Shown here piece after piece: positions 31,403-40,001 of a DNA stretch of 64,000 bases (its first letter is position 1; each line of letters begins with the position of its first letter). The notes under the pieces are model-generated. The model was not told the origin of the DNA, made no database searches, and saw nothing but the letters and a program-made list of their open reading frames with translations. Source of the DNA: Candidatus Babeliales bacterium (lineage in GTDB: Bacteria; Babelota; Babeliae; Babelales; RVW-14); NCBI GenBank assembly GCA_019746485.1, contig JAIERW010000001.1, forward strand, positions 118,718-182,717. The letters run 5' to 3'. Position numbers and translations under genes: made by a program.

Positions 31403-32214
31403 TGTCGAGGCACAACACCGCCAAAGAATCGGTTGCGCGCTATTGGAACCAGGCAAGCTGCGGCACCGAATTTATTGAAGAAATAAAACATTCACGAGAG
31501 TATTTTGAAGCGATTGAGCAATTTCGTTACACCATTGAACCTGAAATATTTGCATTTGCGCAGTTTACCCGATTTCACGGCAAAAAAGTGCTTGAGGTTG
31601 GTGTTGGCGCCGGGACCGACTTTTTGCAGTGGGTGCGCGCAGGCGCTCAAGCTTACGGCGTAGACTTAACACACGAAGCGGTTACCAATGTTTTACATCG
31701 CTTAGCAACCTACAACGTTGCTGCCTGCGATGTACAGGTTGCCGATGCTGAAAAGCTCAACTTTGCCGACAATAATTTTGACTTGGTTTACTCATGGGGC
31801 GTTATTCACCACTCGCCAGACCCGGTGCAGTGCCTGCGTGAAATTGTACGCGTCACAAAGCCAGGCGGCAGCATAAAAATTATGGTTTACAACCGTCGCT
31901 CTCTTTTTGCTTTCTATCAATATTTGCAACACGGCCTGTTGCGTGGTAAGCCTTTTGCGAGCATGAAAAAAATATTGGCACAGCACCAAGAAAGCCCGGG
32001 AACGCAGGCTTATACCTTTAAAGAAATTAAAAATATCTTAAAAGATTTCCCGGTACGCATTAACAAGCTCCAGGCAAGCACCACCAGCCATGATTTGCTG
32101 TACTACAAAAAAAGTAAGTTTATTAAAGCGTGCGCTTATATTGCTGCGTGCTTAAGCGGCTGGGATCGGCGGGGCTGGTTTATGACACTGGATCTTACGA
32201 AAAGAGAAGATTAA
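31402..32214 (+). CDS. Class I SAM-dependent methyltransferase
   Basis: VLEVGVGAGTD, ADAEKL, FDLVYSWGVIHHSP. Confidence 0.92.
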   Translation: MSRHNTAKESVARYWNQASCGTEFIEEIKHSREYFEAIEQFRYTIEPEIFAFAQFTRFHGKKVLEVGVGAGTDFLQWVRAGAQAYGVDLTHEAVTNVLHRLATYNVAACDVQVADAEKLNFADNNFDLVYSWGVIHHSPDPVQCLREIVRVTKPGGSIKIMVYNRRSLFAFYQYLQHGLLRGKPFASMKKILAQHQESPGTQAYTFKEIKNILKDFPVRINKLQASTTSHDLLYYKKSKFIKACAYIAACLSGWDRRGWFMTLDLTKRED

Positions 32215-32660
32215 GAAGGACGCATTGTTTCTAGAATTTTCTTGATAACCACAATATATTTTGCCATTTTTGTTGCAATAAGATTTGCAATTTCTTCTTT
32301 ATAAATGTGCGATGCTTCGTTTCGACTATCAAGCATTTCCAAGCATATTTCTACATCATCAGGTGATAAAAGTAGCACTTCCAAGCTCGCTCGAAAAACA
32401 TCCCGTGGACCACCTTGAACAGTTACATCATGATATAGTTCCATATACAGACGAACATATTTCCACAAAGAATCAAATGTATAATTAAATCGTGTAATTA
32501 GTGAATCACGATACGTCAAAAAACGACGCTCATATTTCTCATCGTCAGCATCTACAATGTTGTCAAAATCATTATAATCTTCGTAAGCATAAATTAACGT
32601 CTGTGCGGCTTGCTCCAAACGCTGGTATTTATATTGTATTTTGCCACTATCTTTGAACAT
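32211..32660 (-). CDS. HEPN ribonuclease toxin (HI0074/HepT-like)
   Basis: RDSLITRFNYTF..LWK and RNEASHIY (Rx4HxY). Confidence 0.85.
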   Translation of the reverse strand: MFKDSGKIQYKYQRLEQAAQTLIYAYEDYNDFDNIVDADDEKYERRFLTYRDSLITRFNYTFDSLWKYVRLYMELYHDVTVQGGPRDVFRASLEVLLLSPDDVEICLEMLDSRNEASHIYKEEIANLIATKMAKYIVVIKKILETMRPS

Positions 32661-32943
32661 CTTCTAGCTCTTTCCATCTATTTTTTATATTTTTCAAAAA
32701 TTCTGCATCAACATCCCAAACATCAATAACATCAACTTTACAGGGAATCGTCGAGTCATAAATATCATTTTTTATCGCACGCATCAAAGATTCTTCTACT
32801 TTATGCCCACAATCTAAAGCCAAATCAATATCAGAATATGGCTGAACATTTTCAGTCACTTGAGAACCAAATAAGTAAATCTTTGCTTGAGGCAGATGAT
32901 TTTTAATAATTGAAATAAGAATTTCTTTGTAACGTTCTTTCAT
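32647..32943 (-). CDS. Minimal nucleotidyltransferase antitoxin (MntA/HI0073-like)
   Basis: YLFGS-x10-DID motif; overlaps the HEPN gene start. Confidence 0.88.
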   Translation of the reverse strand: MKERYKEILISIIKNHLPQAKIYLFGSQVTENVQPYSDIDLALDCGHKVEESLMRAIKNDIYDSTIPCKVDVIDVWDVDAEFLKNIKNRWKELEDVQR

Positions 32944-33039
32944 AACAACGCCCTTTAAGCCTTCAAAAAAGTAGCTTATCTTTCTAAAGCAAGATAAAAC
33001 ATTGCAAAAAAAAGTCCATTACCATAAAAAAAAGATAAA

Positions 33040-33888
33040 CTATAAGCTCTTTTGTATCTTCAAAATCATGGTCTCTGCATTTTTTTCGTTATTGTACCGT
33101 GCTTCATAACGGTTCACGAGCCAACCAAGACCATTAAAAAAGCCATTGATTAGCGGCAAGAACGGGTACGAAATAACTTTGTACAACCAACGCAACACAC
33201 CAGGAACTTTTTTAGAGTGCAACAGCTTGGCGTCCAGACGGGCAACTGGGTAATAAAAACGATTGTAAACTTTTGCCTTCAGCTGATGGCACTCAAACCA
33301 CCCTTCAACAATTTCCAGCCCGTGCTTAGCAAGTAATGTTTTTACCTCTTCAAACGAATAGTGCTTGTAGTGCCCGTACGGCTGATGCCGGTACCACCGC
33401 GGGCTCTTTTCAGCTGGGCCTTGCACCACAAAGTTGGGTGTGGTTAAAAAAATAACCCCGTCACTGGCAAGAACCTTGGGCAAAGCACTTAAAAAATTGT
33501 CTACATCTTCCAGCGGAATATGCTCAAAAACTTCGGCCAGCAAAATAAAGTCGAAAGGCTTTTCTTGCTCCAGCGCGGGGACCAAGTCTTGTAACAAGCC
33601 CTCGCGCAACATAACGTTGGGGCAGGCCTGGCGCACGCGGTCCCAACTGTGCTTGTTGCCTTGAACCTCAATGGCAACCCCCTGCTTAAAAAACTCAGCC
33701 AACAGCCTGGTCAGGCGGCCGTCCCCTGCGCCCACGTCTAAAAACCGACCCCGCTTGGCGCCAAATATAACCTTTTCAAGCTGCCCAAGCCAAAACCTCA
33801 CAGCGTAGTCAGGCAGACGGTTTGAAAAGCCGGTATGAATTTGACCTTGCTTGTACAATGAAGTATAACGGGTATACAGCATAAGCAC
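33040..33888 (-). CDS. Class I SAM-dependent methyltransferase
   Basis: FLDVGAGDG, FDFILLAEVFEHI, FLTTPN. Confidence 0.88.
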   Translation of the reverse strand: MLMLYTRYTSLYKQGQIHTGFSNRLPDYAVRFWLGQLEKVIFGAKRGRFLDVGAGDGRLTRLLAEFFKQGVAIEVQGNKHSWDRVRQACPNVMLREGLLQDLVPALEQEKPFDFILLAEVFEHIPLEDVDNFLSALPKVLASDGVIFLTTPNFVVQGPAEKSPRWYRHQPYGHYKHYSFEEVKTLLAKHGLEIVEGWFECHQLKAKVYNRFYYPVARLDAKLLHSKKVPGVLRWLYKVISYPFLPLINGFFNGLGWLVNRYEARYNNEKNAETMILKIQKSL

Positions 33889-34015
33889 GCTCCTTTTTGG
33901 TGGTTTTTAGGCTAGATGACGAAGTTTTTTTTTCATGGTAAACTTAAGTCTAGATCGTATAAATAAGCAAGTAAATACACCTGAATTTTGATGATAAACC
34001 AAGGAGCCACCAGCG

Positions 34016-34522
34016 ATGGAAGCAGAAGATATAAAAAACGAAGAACTTAACGATCAAACCGAAGAACAAACTCAGGCAGTTGAGCCACAACAAGCACACG
34101 AAACATTTCAAGAAAAGTTCATAAAACTCAGCGCTGATTTAGAAAACTACAAACGCCGTGTAAGTAGAGAACGTGCTGAATGGATGGATATGGCGCAAGT
34201 ACATCTTTTGGTTGCCCTGTTGCCTATTTTTGACGAACTTGACCGCGCTCTTGCCTTGGCAAGCGCTGCACAAACAGACAGCACTAACAATGCCTGGCTT
34301 GATGGCTTGAAATTAATTCAAAAAAATTGGCAGAAAAAGCTTGAAGAAATTCATGTTAAAGTGATTGATGCAACAGGTATTTTTAACCCTGAATTGCATG
34401 AAGCGTTGATGCAAGTTGAAGACCCTGAAAAAGAATCTGGTCAAATTGTCCAAGTGTTTCACAAAGGCTATACCTTTAAAGACAAAGCAATTGTGCATGC
34501 AAAGGTAAGCGTCGCTAAATAA
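34016..34522 (+). CDS. grpE: Nucleotide exchange factor GrpE
   Basis: ADLENYKRR, LLPIFDELDRAL, FNPELHEA, KGY, AKVSV. Confidence 0.93.
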   Translation: MEAEDIKNEELNDQTEEQTQAVEPQQAHETFQEKFIKLSADLENYKRRVSRERAEWMDMAQVHLLVALLPIFDELDRALALASAAQTDSTNNAWLDGLKLIQKNWQKKLEEIHVKVIDATGIFNPELHEALMQVEDPEKESGQIVQVFHKGYTFKDKAIVHAKVSVAK

Positions 34523-34529
34523 AAAGATT

Positions 34530-35294
34530 ATGATTGTGCGCATACTGCGAAAAAAAATCTCTTCGTCAGCCCGCCCTTACCGGCGGGTTATTAGCTTTAA
34601 GCGATTTACCAGGCGCGCAAACCTTAATCAACTTCCCAACTTAATAACGCTGGGCAACGCTTTTTTTGGCTTTACTTCAATGGTTTTTGCAGCACACGGC
34701 AACTTTGCCGCAGCAAGCTATTTCATTTTGCTGGGCGCGCTGATGGACGCTCTGGATGGCCGCGTTGCGCGCTATGTTGGCGTTACCAGCGAGCTGGGTT
34801 TACAACTCGATTCACTCAGTGATGCCATTTCATTTTGCATGGCACCCGCCTTTTTAACTTACTTTTGGGTCTTGCGCAAGGTTGGCTTTTTTGGCTACCT
34901 TGCCTGCGCCTTTTTTTTGCTGGCAGGCATTGCCCGCTTGGCAAAGTTTAATATCACCAGCCACGAGCAAGTAACTTCGTTTGGCGGCATGCCTACCACA
35001 TTGGCAGGCTGTTTTTTGGTGACCGTGCTGCTCAATAGCAAAACAGCGTTACTGCAGCCACCGTTTATTTTTTTTATTTTAGGACTTATTATTTTTCTTG
35101 GGCTGCTCATGGTCAGCCCAATACGCTTTCCCAGCTTTAAAAAAATGAGCAAAAATTGGTATGTGCTGGGCAGCTTACTCTGTGCAGCCTTCGTTATTAG
35201 CATGGGTTTTCTTAAAGTATTACTTTTACTTTTTCTTGCCTACTTTGCTTTTACGTTTATTCAGCCATTTGTTACCATCGTACGAAAACAATAA
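34530..35294 (+). CDS. pssA: CDP-diacylglycerol-serine O-phosphatidyltransferase
   Basis: LPNLITLGN, DALDGRVAR..SELGLQLDSLSDAISF, RLAKFN, GMPT. Confidence 0.9.
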   Translation: MIVRILRKKISSSARPYRRVISFKRFTRRANLNQLPNLITLGNAFFGFTSMVFAAHGNFAAASYFILLGALMDALDGRVARYVGVTSELGLQLDSLSDAISFCMAPAFLTYFWVLRKVGFFGYLACAFFLLAGIARLAKFNITSHEQVTSFGGMPTTLAGCFLVTVLLNSKTALLQPPFIFFILGLIIFLGLLMVSPIRFPSFKKMSKNWYVLGSLLCAAFVISMGFLKVLLLLFLAYFAFTFIQPFVTIVRKQ

Positions 35295-35315
35295 TTCTTG
35301 AAAAGGAGATCGTTC

Positions 35316-36980
35316 ATGCAATCACGCATCACCAAATTTCTTGCTTTGCCAATACTTGTCAGCCTTGCGCTGATTGGTGGCGGCATTTATTATCTTCACG
35401 AGCGGCACAAAAAATTTGATCATCTGGAAAGCTTACTTGGTCAGTATGCATCAATGAAAGACTCACTAGAAAAAGCACTTGCGCATAAGCACGCGCCCAC
35501 GAGCACAGCAACAGTTGCCGAGCCTCAAGACGAAACAGCAATACCTTCCAGCTGGATCGACATTCAGAAAAAAGTAAAAAACACCGTCGTTCAGGTATTT
35601 GCTCAAGTTAATGAATTTAACTGGCTGGAACCTTACAAAACGCCCCGCCAAGGCGAGGGCGCCGGCAGTGGCTTTTTTATTAACAATCAAGGCCATGTAA
35701 TTACCAACTACCACGTTGTCATGCAGTCAACCAACATCGAAATTCAAATTCCCTTGTTTGGCATGGAGCGTTTTGATGCAAAACTTATTGGCGCCAGTCC
35801 CGAGCGCGATATTGCTTTACTTAAAGTTACCGATGAAGCGCTTGAAAAAATTAAACAAAAACTCGACCCAATCCCCTTTTTAGCATTTGATGATTCTGAT
35901 GCCGTTATCCGTTCGCAAGAAATCTTGGCACTTGGCTATCCACTCGCCCAAAGCAGGCTTAAAAGCACGCTGGGCATTGTAAGCGGACGCGAAACACTTG
36001 GCTATTTTGGCTACATTCAAGTAACCACACCACTCAATCCAGGTAACTCGGGCGGACCTGCACTCAACAACGCTGGCAAGGTGGTAGGCATTAACTCTCG
36101 CGGCGTTATGGGCGCACAAAGCGTTGGCTACATAATCCCCATCAACGAAGTTAAAAGCGCACTGAATGACCTGTATCGCGTTCCGTTACTGCGCAAGCCA
36201 ACGCTGGGCTGCATCTTTACGTATGCAACACCAGAAATGGTGAGCTACCTGGGCAACCCAGATCAAGGCGGTTGGTACATTGCCAAAGTTTTTGACAACA
36301 CGCTGTTAAAAAAAGCAGGCCTTAAAAAAGATGATATGCTCTACAAAGTTAATGGCTACCGCATAGACATGTACGGCGAGCTGGATGTGCCGTGGAGCGA
36401 AGATAAAGTATCGCTGTTTGAGCTACTCAACCGCTTCAAAATTGGTGATTCATTAAACTTTTCAATTTACCGACATGGCAAGCCGATGGAATTTGCCTTC
36501 AAACTGGACGACAGTTACTTGCCACCAATCCGCACCATTTATTCTGAGTTTGAACCACAAGCAACCGATTACGAAATTGTTGGCGGCATGGTGGTTATGC
36601 CACTTTCGCTCAACCACGTGGGCATTATGATTTCTGGCGTTCCAAGCTTGGTAAAATACGCCCAGCCCGATAAGCAGCACACGCCGGCATTGGTTATTAC
36701 CCACGTTTTACCAAACTCACAAGCATCGCGCGCACGCGTTTTGCGCCCTGGTGAGATTATTGCTGCAATCAATAACGAAAAAGTACAAACCTTGGACGAC
36801 TTGCGCAAAGCGGTTATGAAAAGCAAAGACAAAGAATTTTTAACGGTAAGAACCGACAATAACTTGTATGGCGTTTTATCGGTTGACCGCATTGTTAAAG
36901 ACGAACCAATGCTTTCAGCGCAGTATTTTTATAAATCGTCACCACTCATTGAACAATTGCGAGAAGAAAAACGTGGCTAA
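35316..36980 (+). CDS. HtrA/DegP-family serine protease with PDZ domains and N-terminal TM anchor
   Basis: GSGFFI, TNYHVV, DIALLKV, NPGNSGGP catalytic triad; two PDZ-like regions. Confidence 0.92.
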   Translation: MQSRITKFLALPILVSLALIGGGIYYLHERHKKFDHLESLLGQYASMKDSLEKALAHKHAPTSTATVAEPQDETAIPSSWIDIQKKVKNTVVQVFAQVNEFNWLEPYKTPRQGEGAGSGFFINNQGHVITNYHVVMQSTNIEIQIPLFGMERFDAKLIGASPERDIALLKVTDEALEKIKQKLDPIPFLAFDDSDAVIRSQEILALGYPLAQSRLKSTLGIVSGRETLGYFGYIQVTTPLNPGNSGGPALNNAGKVVGINSRGVMGAQSVGYIIPINEVKSALNDLYRVPLLRKPTLGCIFTYATPEMVSYLGNPDQGGWYIAKVFDNTLLKKAGLKKDDMLYKVNGYRIDMYGELDVPWSEDKVSLFELLNRFKIGDSLNFSIYRHGKPMEFAFKLDDSYLPPIRTIYSEFEPQATDYEIVGGMVVMPLSLNHVGIMISGVPSLVKYAQPDKQHTPALVITHVLPNSQASRARVLRPGEIIAAINNEKVQTLDDLRKAVMKSKDKEFLTVRTDNNLYGVLSVDRIVKDEPMLSAQYFYKSSPLIEQLREEKRG

Positions 36981-37713
36981 AGAAAAGAAGCGCTTAGACG
37001 CCCTGATACAAGAGCTCTATCCTCATTTGACGCGCAACCAGATACAAAGCTTTATTGTGCAGGGCAAAGTTAAAGTTAACGACATTGTTAATACAAAACC
37101 AGGAACTCAGGTTGGCCTTGATGCCGTTATTGGCATGGAGGCCGACCAACCAAAATTTGCCAGCCGTGCCGGCTTTAAGCTTGAAGCAGCACTGGAGCAT
37201 TTTAAGGTTGATGTTGCAGGCCTGGTTGCGCTTGACGCCGGCATTTCAACCGGTGGATTTACCGACTGCTTGCTGCAAAACGGTATTAAGCGCGTTTACG
37301 GCATTGACGTTGGCTATGGCCAAGTGCATGAAAAAGTGCGCACCGACCCACGGTTGATTTTGATGGAAAAAACGAACCTGCGCCTTCTTGAAGGCCTGCC
37401 CGAAAAAGTAGACCTGGTCACGCTTGATTTGTCGTTTATCTCAATTTTAAAGGTCATGCCGGCACTGGTTAACGTTATCAAACCAACGAGCAAAATTATC
37501 ACACTCATCAAGCCTCAATTTGAAGCCGAACGGGAAGATATTCAACGCGGTGGCGTGGTGCGCGATGCAAGGGTTCATGAGCGCGTTATTGAAAAAGTTA
37601 AACAAGGCATGAAGGAATTTGGCTTTACCATGGTTGGCGTTATTGAATCGCCGATTGTTGGCGCTACTTCTGGCAATAAAGAGTTTCTTGCTTTGTTTAC
37701 TCAAGAAAATTAA
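36973..37713 (+). CDS. tlyA: TlyA-family rRNA 2'-O-methyltransferase (S4 plus FtsJ domains)
   Basis: KKRLD, SRAGFKL, DAGISTGGFTDCLLQ, DLSFIS, LIKPQFE, GNKEFL. Confidence 0.93.
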   Translation: MAKEKKRLDALIQELYPHLTRNQIQSFIVQGKVKVNDIVNTKPGTQVGLDAVIGMEADQPKFASRAGFKLEAALEHFKVDVAGLVALDAGISTGGFTDCLLQNGIKRVYGIDVGYGQVHEKVRTDPRLILMEKTNLRLLEGLPEKVDLVTLDLSFISILKVMPALVNVIKPTSKIITLIKPQFEAEREDIQRGGVVRDARVHERVIEKVKQGMKEFGFTMVGVIESPIVGATSGNKEFLALFTQEN

Positions 37714-37738
37714 TTTTAACTTTATGTGAGGAAATACA

Positions 37739-38077
37739 ATGTTAGTTCACCATAAAGATCTAAAGCCTGAGCGCTGGTACAGATTCACGCTCATGGAACA
37801 GTTAGGAAATATTGGCAGCGACGTTATCAGGGCCATTGATTGGAAAAACAAGGGTCGTCTTGAAGACAGCAGATTTGCTATTGAACGCGCTCTTGAGCTG
37901 ATCGACCTTACCGTTTCAGACCCTAAAAACAGAAAACGGCTCAGAGAAGTTTTGCGCACGCGAGAAGCTCTGGTAGATTATTTTTTCTGCGACAATGAAT
38001 ATTCTACTTCAGATAAAATCTGGGAAGATTACTTTAATGACTTTGGCTATATCGCGGCAATGCAGCGCGGTAGATAA
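37739..38077 (+). CDS. Small helical hypothetical protein
   Basis: GAGG RBS; W..FTLMEQLGNIGSDV.RAI, ERALELIDLT. Confidence 0.75.
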   Translation: MLVHHKDLKPERWYRFTLMEQLGNIGSDVIRAIDWKNKGRLEDSRFAIERALELIDLTVSDPKNRKRLREVLRTREALVDYFFCDNEYSTSDKIWEDYFNDFGYIAAMQRGR

Positions 38078-38094
38078 AAACGAGGGAGCAGACC

Positions 38095-38517
38095 ATGAAA
38101 TGGTCAGAATTTTCTTTTATGCTCAAACCATCATCTTTGGGCGGCGTTGGCGTGTTTGCCGTGCATGATATCCCGGCGGGAACCCTACTTTTTAATAAAA
38201 ACTTTGAACTGAGAACCATGAAAATAGCAGATGTTCCTGAGGCGTTGCGGCGATACTGCATTTACACCAGCGACACAGAATGCTTGTGCCCTGAGCGGTT
38301 TGATCGCATGGAAATTGGTTGGTACATCAATCATTCTGACACACCCAACATTGCAAAAAAGATCGATGATCAAAACCCCGACTTGCCAGCTTCAGTTGAT
38401 AGCATTAAAGCTCGTACCGTTTATGCCATTAAAGATATTAAATCTGGTGATGAAATTTTGATTGATTATAACTATCTTAATGAACCGGAACATTTGAAAG
38501 AAGATTATTATAAATAG
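38095..38517 (+). CDS. SET-domain protein (putative lysine methyltransferase)
   Basis: GVGVFAVHDIPAG, YINHSDTPN, AIKDIKSGDEILIDY. Confidence 0.9.
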   Translation: MKWSEFSFMLKPSSLGGVGVFAVHDIPAGTLLFNKNFELRTMKIADVPEALRRYCIYTSDTECLCPERFDRMEIGWYINHSDTPNIAKKIDDQNPDLPASVDSIKARTVYAIKDIKSGDEILIDYNYLNEPEHLKEDYYK

Positions 38518-38529
38518 CTTGCACAACGA

Positions 38530-38704
38530 CCCTTCGAGACGTCCAGCTTCGCTAATGCTACGCCGGACTCCTCAGGGAGAGCGGTGGTGTAGTAGCAACC
38601 AGAACAAAAACATGCAAAATATAATACCGCTACACTTGCCAAAAAGTTATTTCTCCCCCGTCCTCCCTGAGGAGCTCTGAGTTTACGAAGAGCGTCTCGA
38701 AGGG
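38530..38704. repeat. Inverted pair of palindromic REP-like elements (38530-38584 +, 38656-38704 -)
   Basis: Same consensus as the 13.7-kb copies; 38656-38704 is the reverse complement of 13697-13745 with one mismatch. Confidence 0.9.
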
Positions 38705-38711
38705 CAAAAAT

Positions 38712-38746
38712 AAAAAAAAGCCGCAGTGTTTACTGCGGCTTTTTTT
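38712..38746. terminator. Bidirectional intrinsic terminator
   Basis: A8-GCCGCAGT-gttt-ACTGCGGC-T7 between convergent genes. Confidence 0.85.
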
Positions 38747-38770
38747 ATTAACTTAATTTAAGAGAAAAGC

Positions 38771-39901
38771 TTACGCTTGTACCTCTTCTTCAACTTCTGC
38801 ATCAATGCTCATTTCAGCATCAAGATGAGCATCAGCTTCTTTTTGATTCTGTGCTTGAACAACTTTGTACGTAATCCATGCGCCAAGACCAACAGCAAGC
38901 GTGCCAGCAATAAGAGCTTCATGGCCTTCTATTTTTGCTTTGCACTCACTAACCTTTTTGCTTACTTTATTTCTTACTGGATCATAGACATTGCTCTTTA
39001 AAGCTTCTTTGCATGAATCAAAGAGTATCATGGTAGCAAGAGTAGCAATAATAGCACCGGCATAATCAACTGCCTTGAAATCATCGCTTCTTTTTTCAAT
39101 TGCATCAAATACAATTTCACCAAAGCTTCTACCAACTACTTTTGGGCTGCTAAATTTATGCTGAGTTTCCATGAAAATTTCTTGGCACGCCTTAAAAAAT
39201 GCACACACTTCTGGGTTTGCAGGATCTGCCAACTCAAAATAAGTTTCTAAGAAATCAACATCAGCTTGCGAAAGACCTTCAAGTCCTCGTGCATTTTCAA
39301 ACAAATCTAGGCTATCGGTAATTTCAAGTACTAACAAAGGTTTCTTGCTTGGCAGAACCATAGTGTCGAATTTTTTTTCAAGATAGGTTCTAACCGCACG
39401 AAAATCTTGCATATCACGCAAAACCCACTTCATAGGCATGCCTGTTTGATATTCATCTACCAATACGGACCCTGAATACTTTCTGTCTGGCAAAAAGCTA
39501 ATTGTTTTAAGCGCATCATCCAAGAATTTACCAACAACAGTTTTGCGATAGCCACGGAACTTTTGATCAAGCTTCAAACCTGGATCGGCAAAAATAACCG
39601 TATTACGAATTGCTACCAAATTTTCCAAATCAGCAGCTTTTTTAGCACGACGAGGACCTTGTGCTTTATCAGTTGTTCCACACGCTACCGTAACAATTTC
39701 ATTTTTTCCTGGATAAAAAGTAATCATGTACGGATCTTCACTGATCGTTTTGAAGAAACAAAATGATTGATCCAACGTTTTAAATTGCTTTCTCGATTCT
39801 TCAGACAACTCGCGACCTGCCATTAACGCTTGAACATCATAAGCAGACAACGTGCTCATAAAAAGAGCTGCAGATAAGGCAAAAAGATTTCTCATATTCA
39901 T
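38771..39901 (-). CDS. Secreted or membrane-anchored hypothetical protein
   Basis: Signal MNMRNLFALSAALFMSTLSA; two C-terminal hydrophobic helices and an acidic tail. Confidence 0.75.
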   Translation of the reverse strand: MNMRNLFALSAALFMSTLSAYDVQALMAGRELSEESRKQFKTLDQSFCFFKTISEDPYMITFYPGKNEIVTVACGTTDKAQGPRRAKKAADLENLVAIRNTVIFADPGLKLDQKFRGYRKTVVGKFLDDALKTISFLPDRKYSGSVLVDEYQTGMPMKWVLRDMQDFRAVRTYLEKKFDTMVLPSKKPLLVLEITDSLDLFENARGLEGLSQADVDFLETYFELADPANPEVCAFFKACQEIFMETQHKFSSPKVVGRSFGEIVFDAIEKRSDDFKAVDYAGAIIATLATMILFDSCKEALKSNVYDPVRNKVSKKVSECKAKIEGHEALIAGTLAVGLGAWITYKVVQAQNQKEADAHLDAEMSIDAEVEEEVQA

Positions 39902-39973
39902 AATAATTCCACCGTAAAAAAACAAACTGACCCACAACGAAATAAATGCCCACAAGCATTTTGCATCGCTCAT

Positions 39974-40001
39974 AGTGTAAGCAAACAATAATATTTTTCA
40001 A
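39974..40001 (-). promoter_or_regulatory. Putative sigma70 promoter for 38771-39901
   Basis: TTGAAA-16 bp-TACACT on the minus strand. Confidence 0.5.

Noticed and set aside
32100-33040. Flanking duplication around the first MNT-HEPN pair
   Set aside because: No direct repeat found by eye on either side
39902-40000. Read-through of the LptF/G TGA stop into an in-frame hydrophobic stretch that could supply a sixth TM helix
   Set aside because: It would fuse to the next gene, the stretch contains a good promoter candidate, and TGA acts as a stop in many other genes here; still worth checking against orthologs
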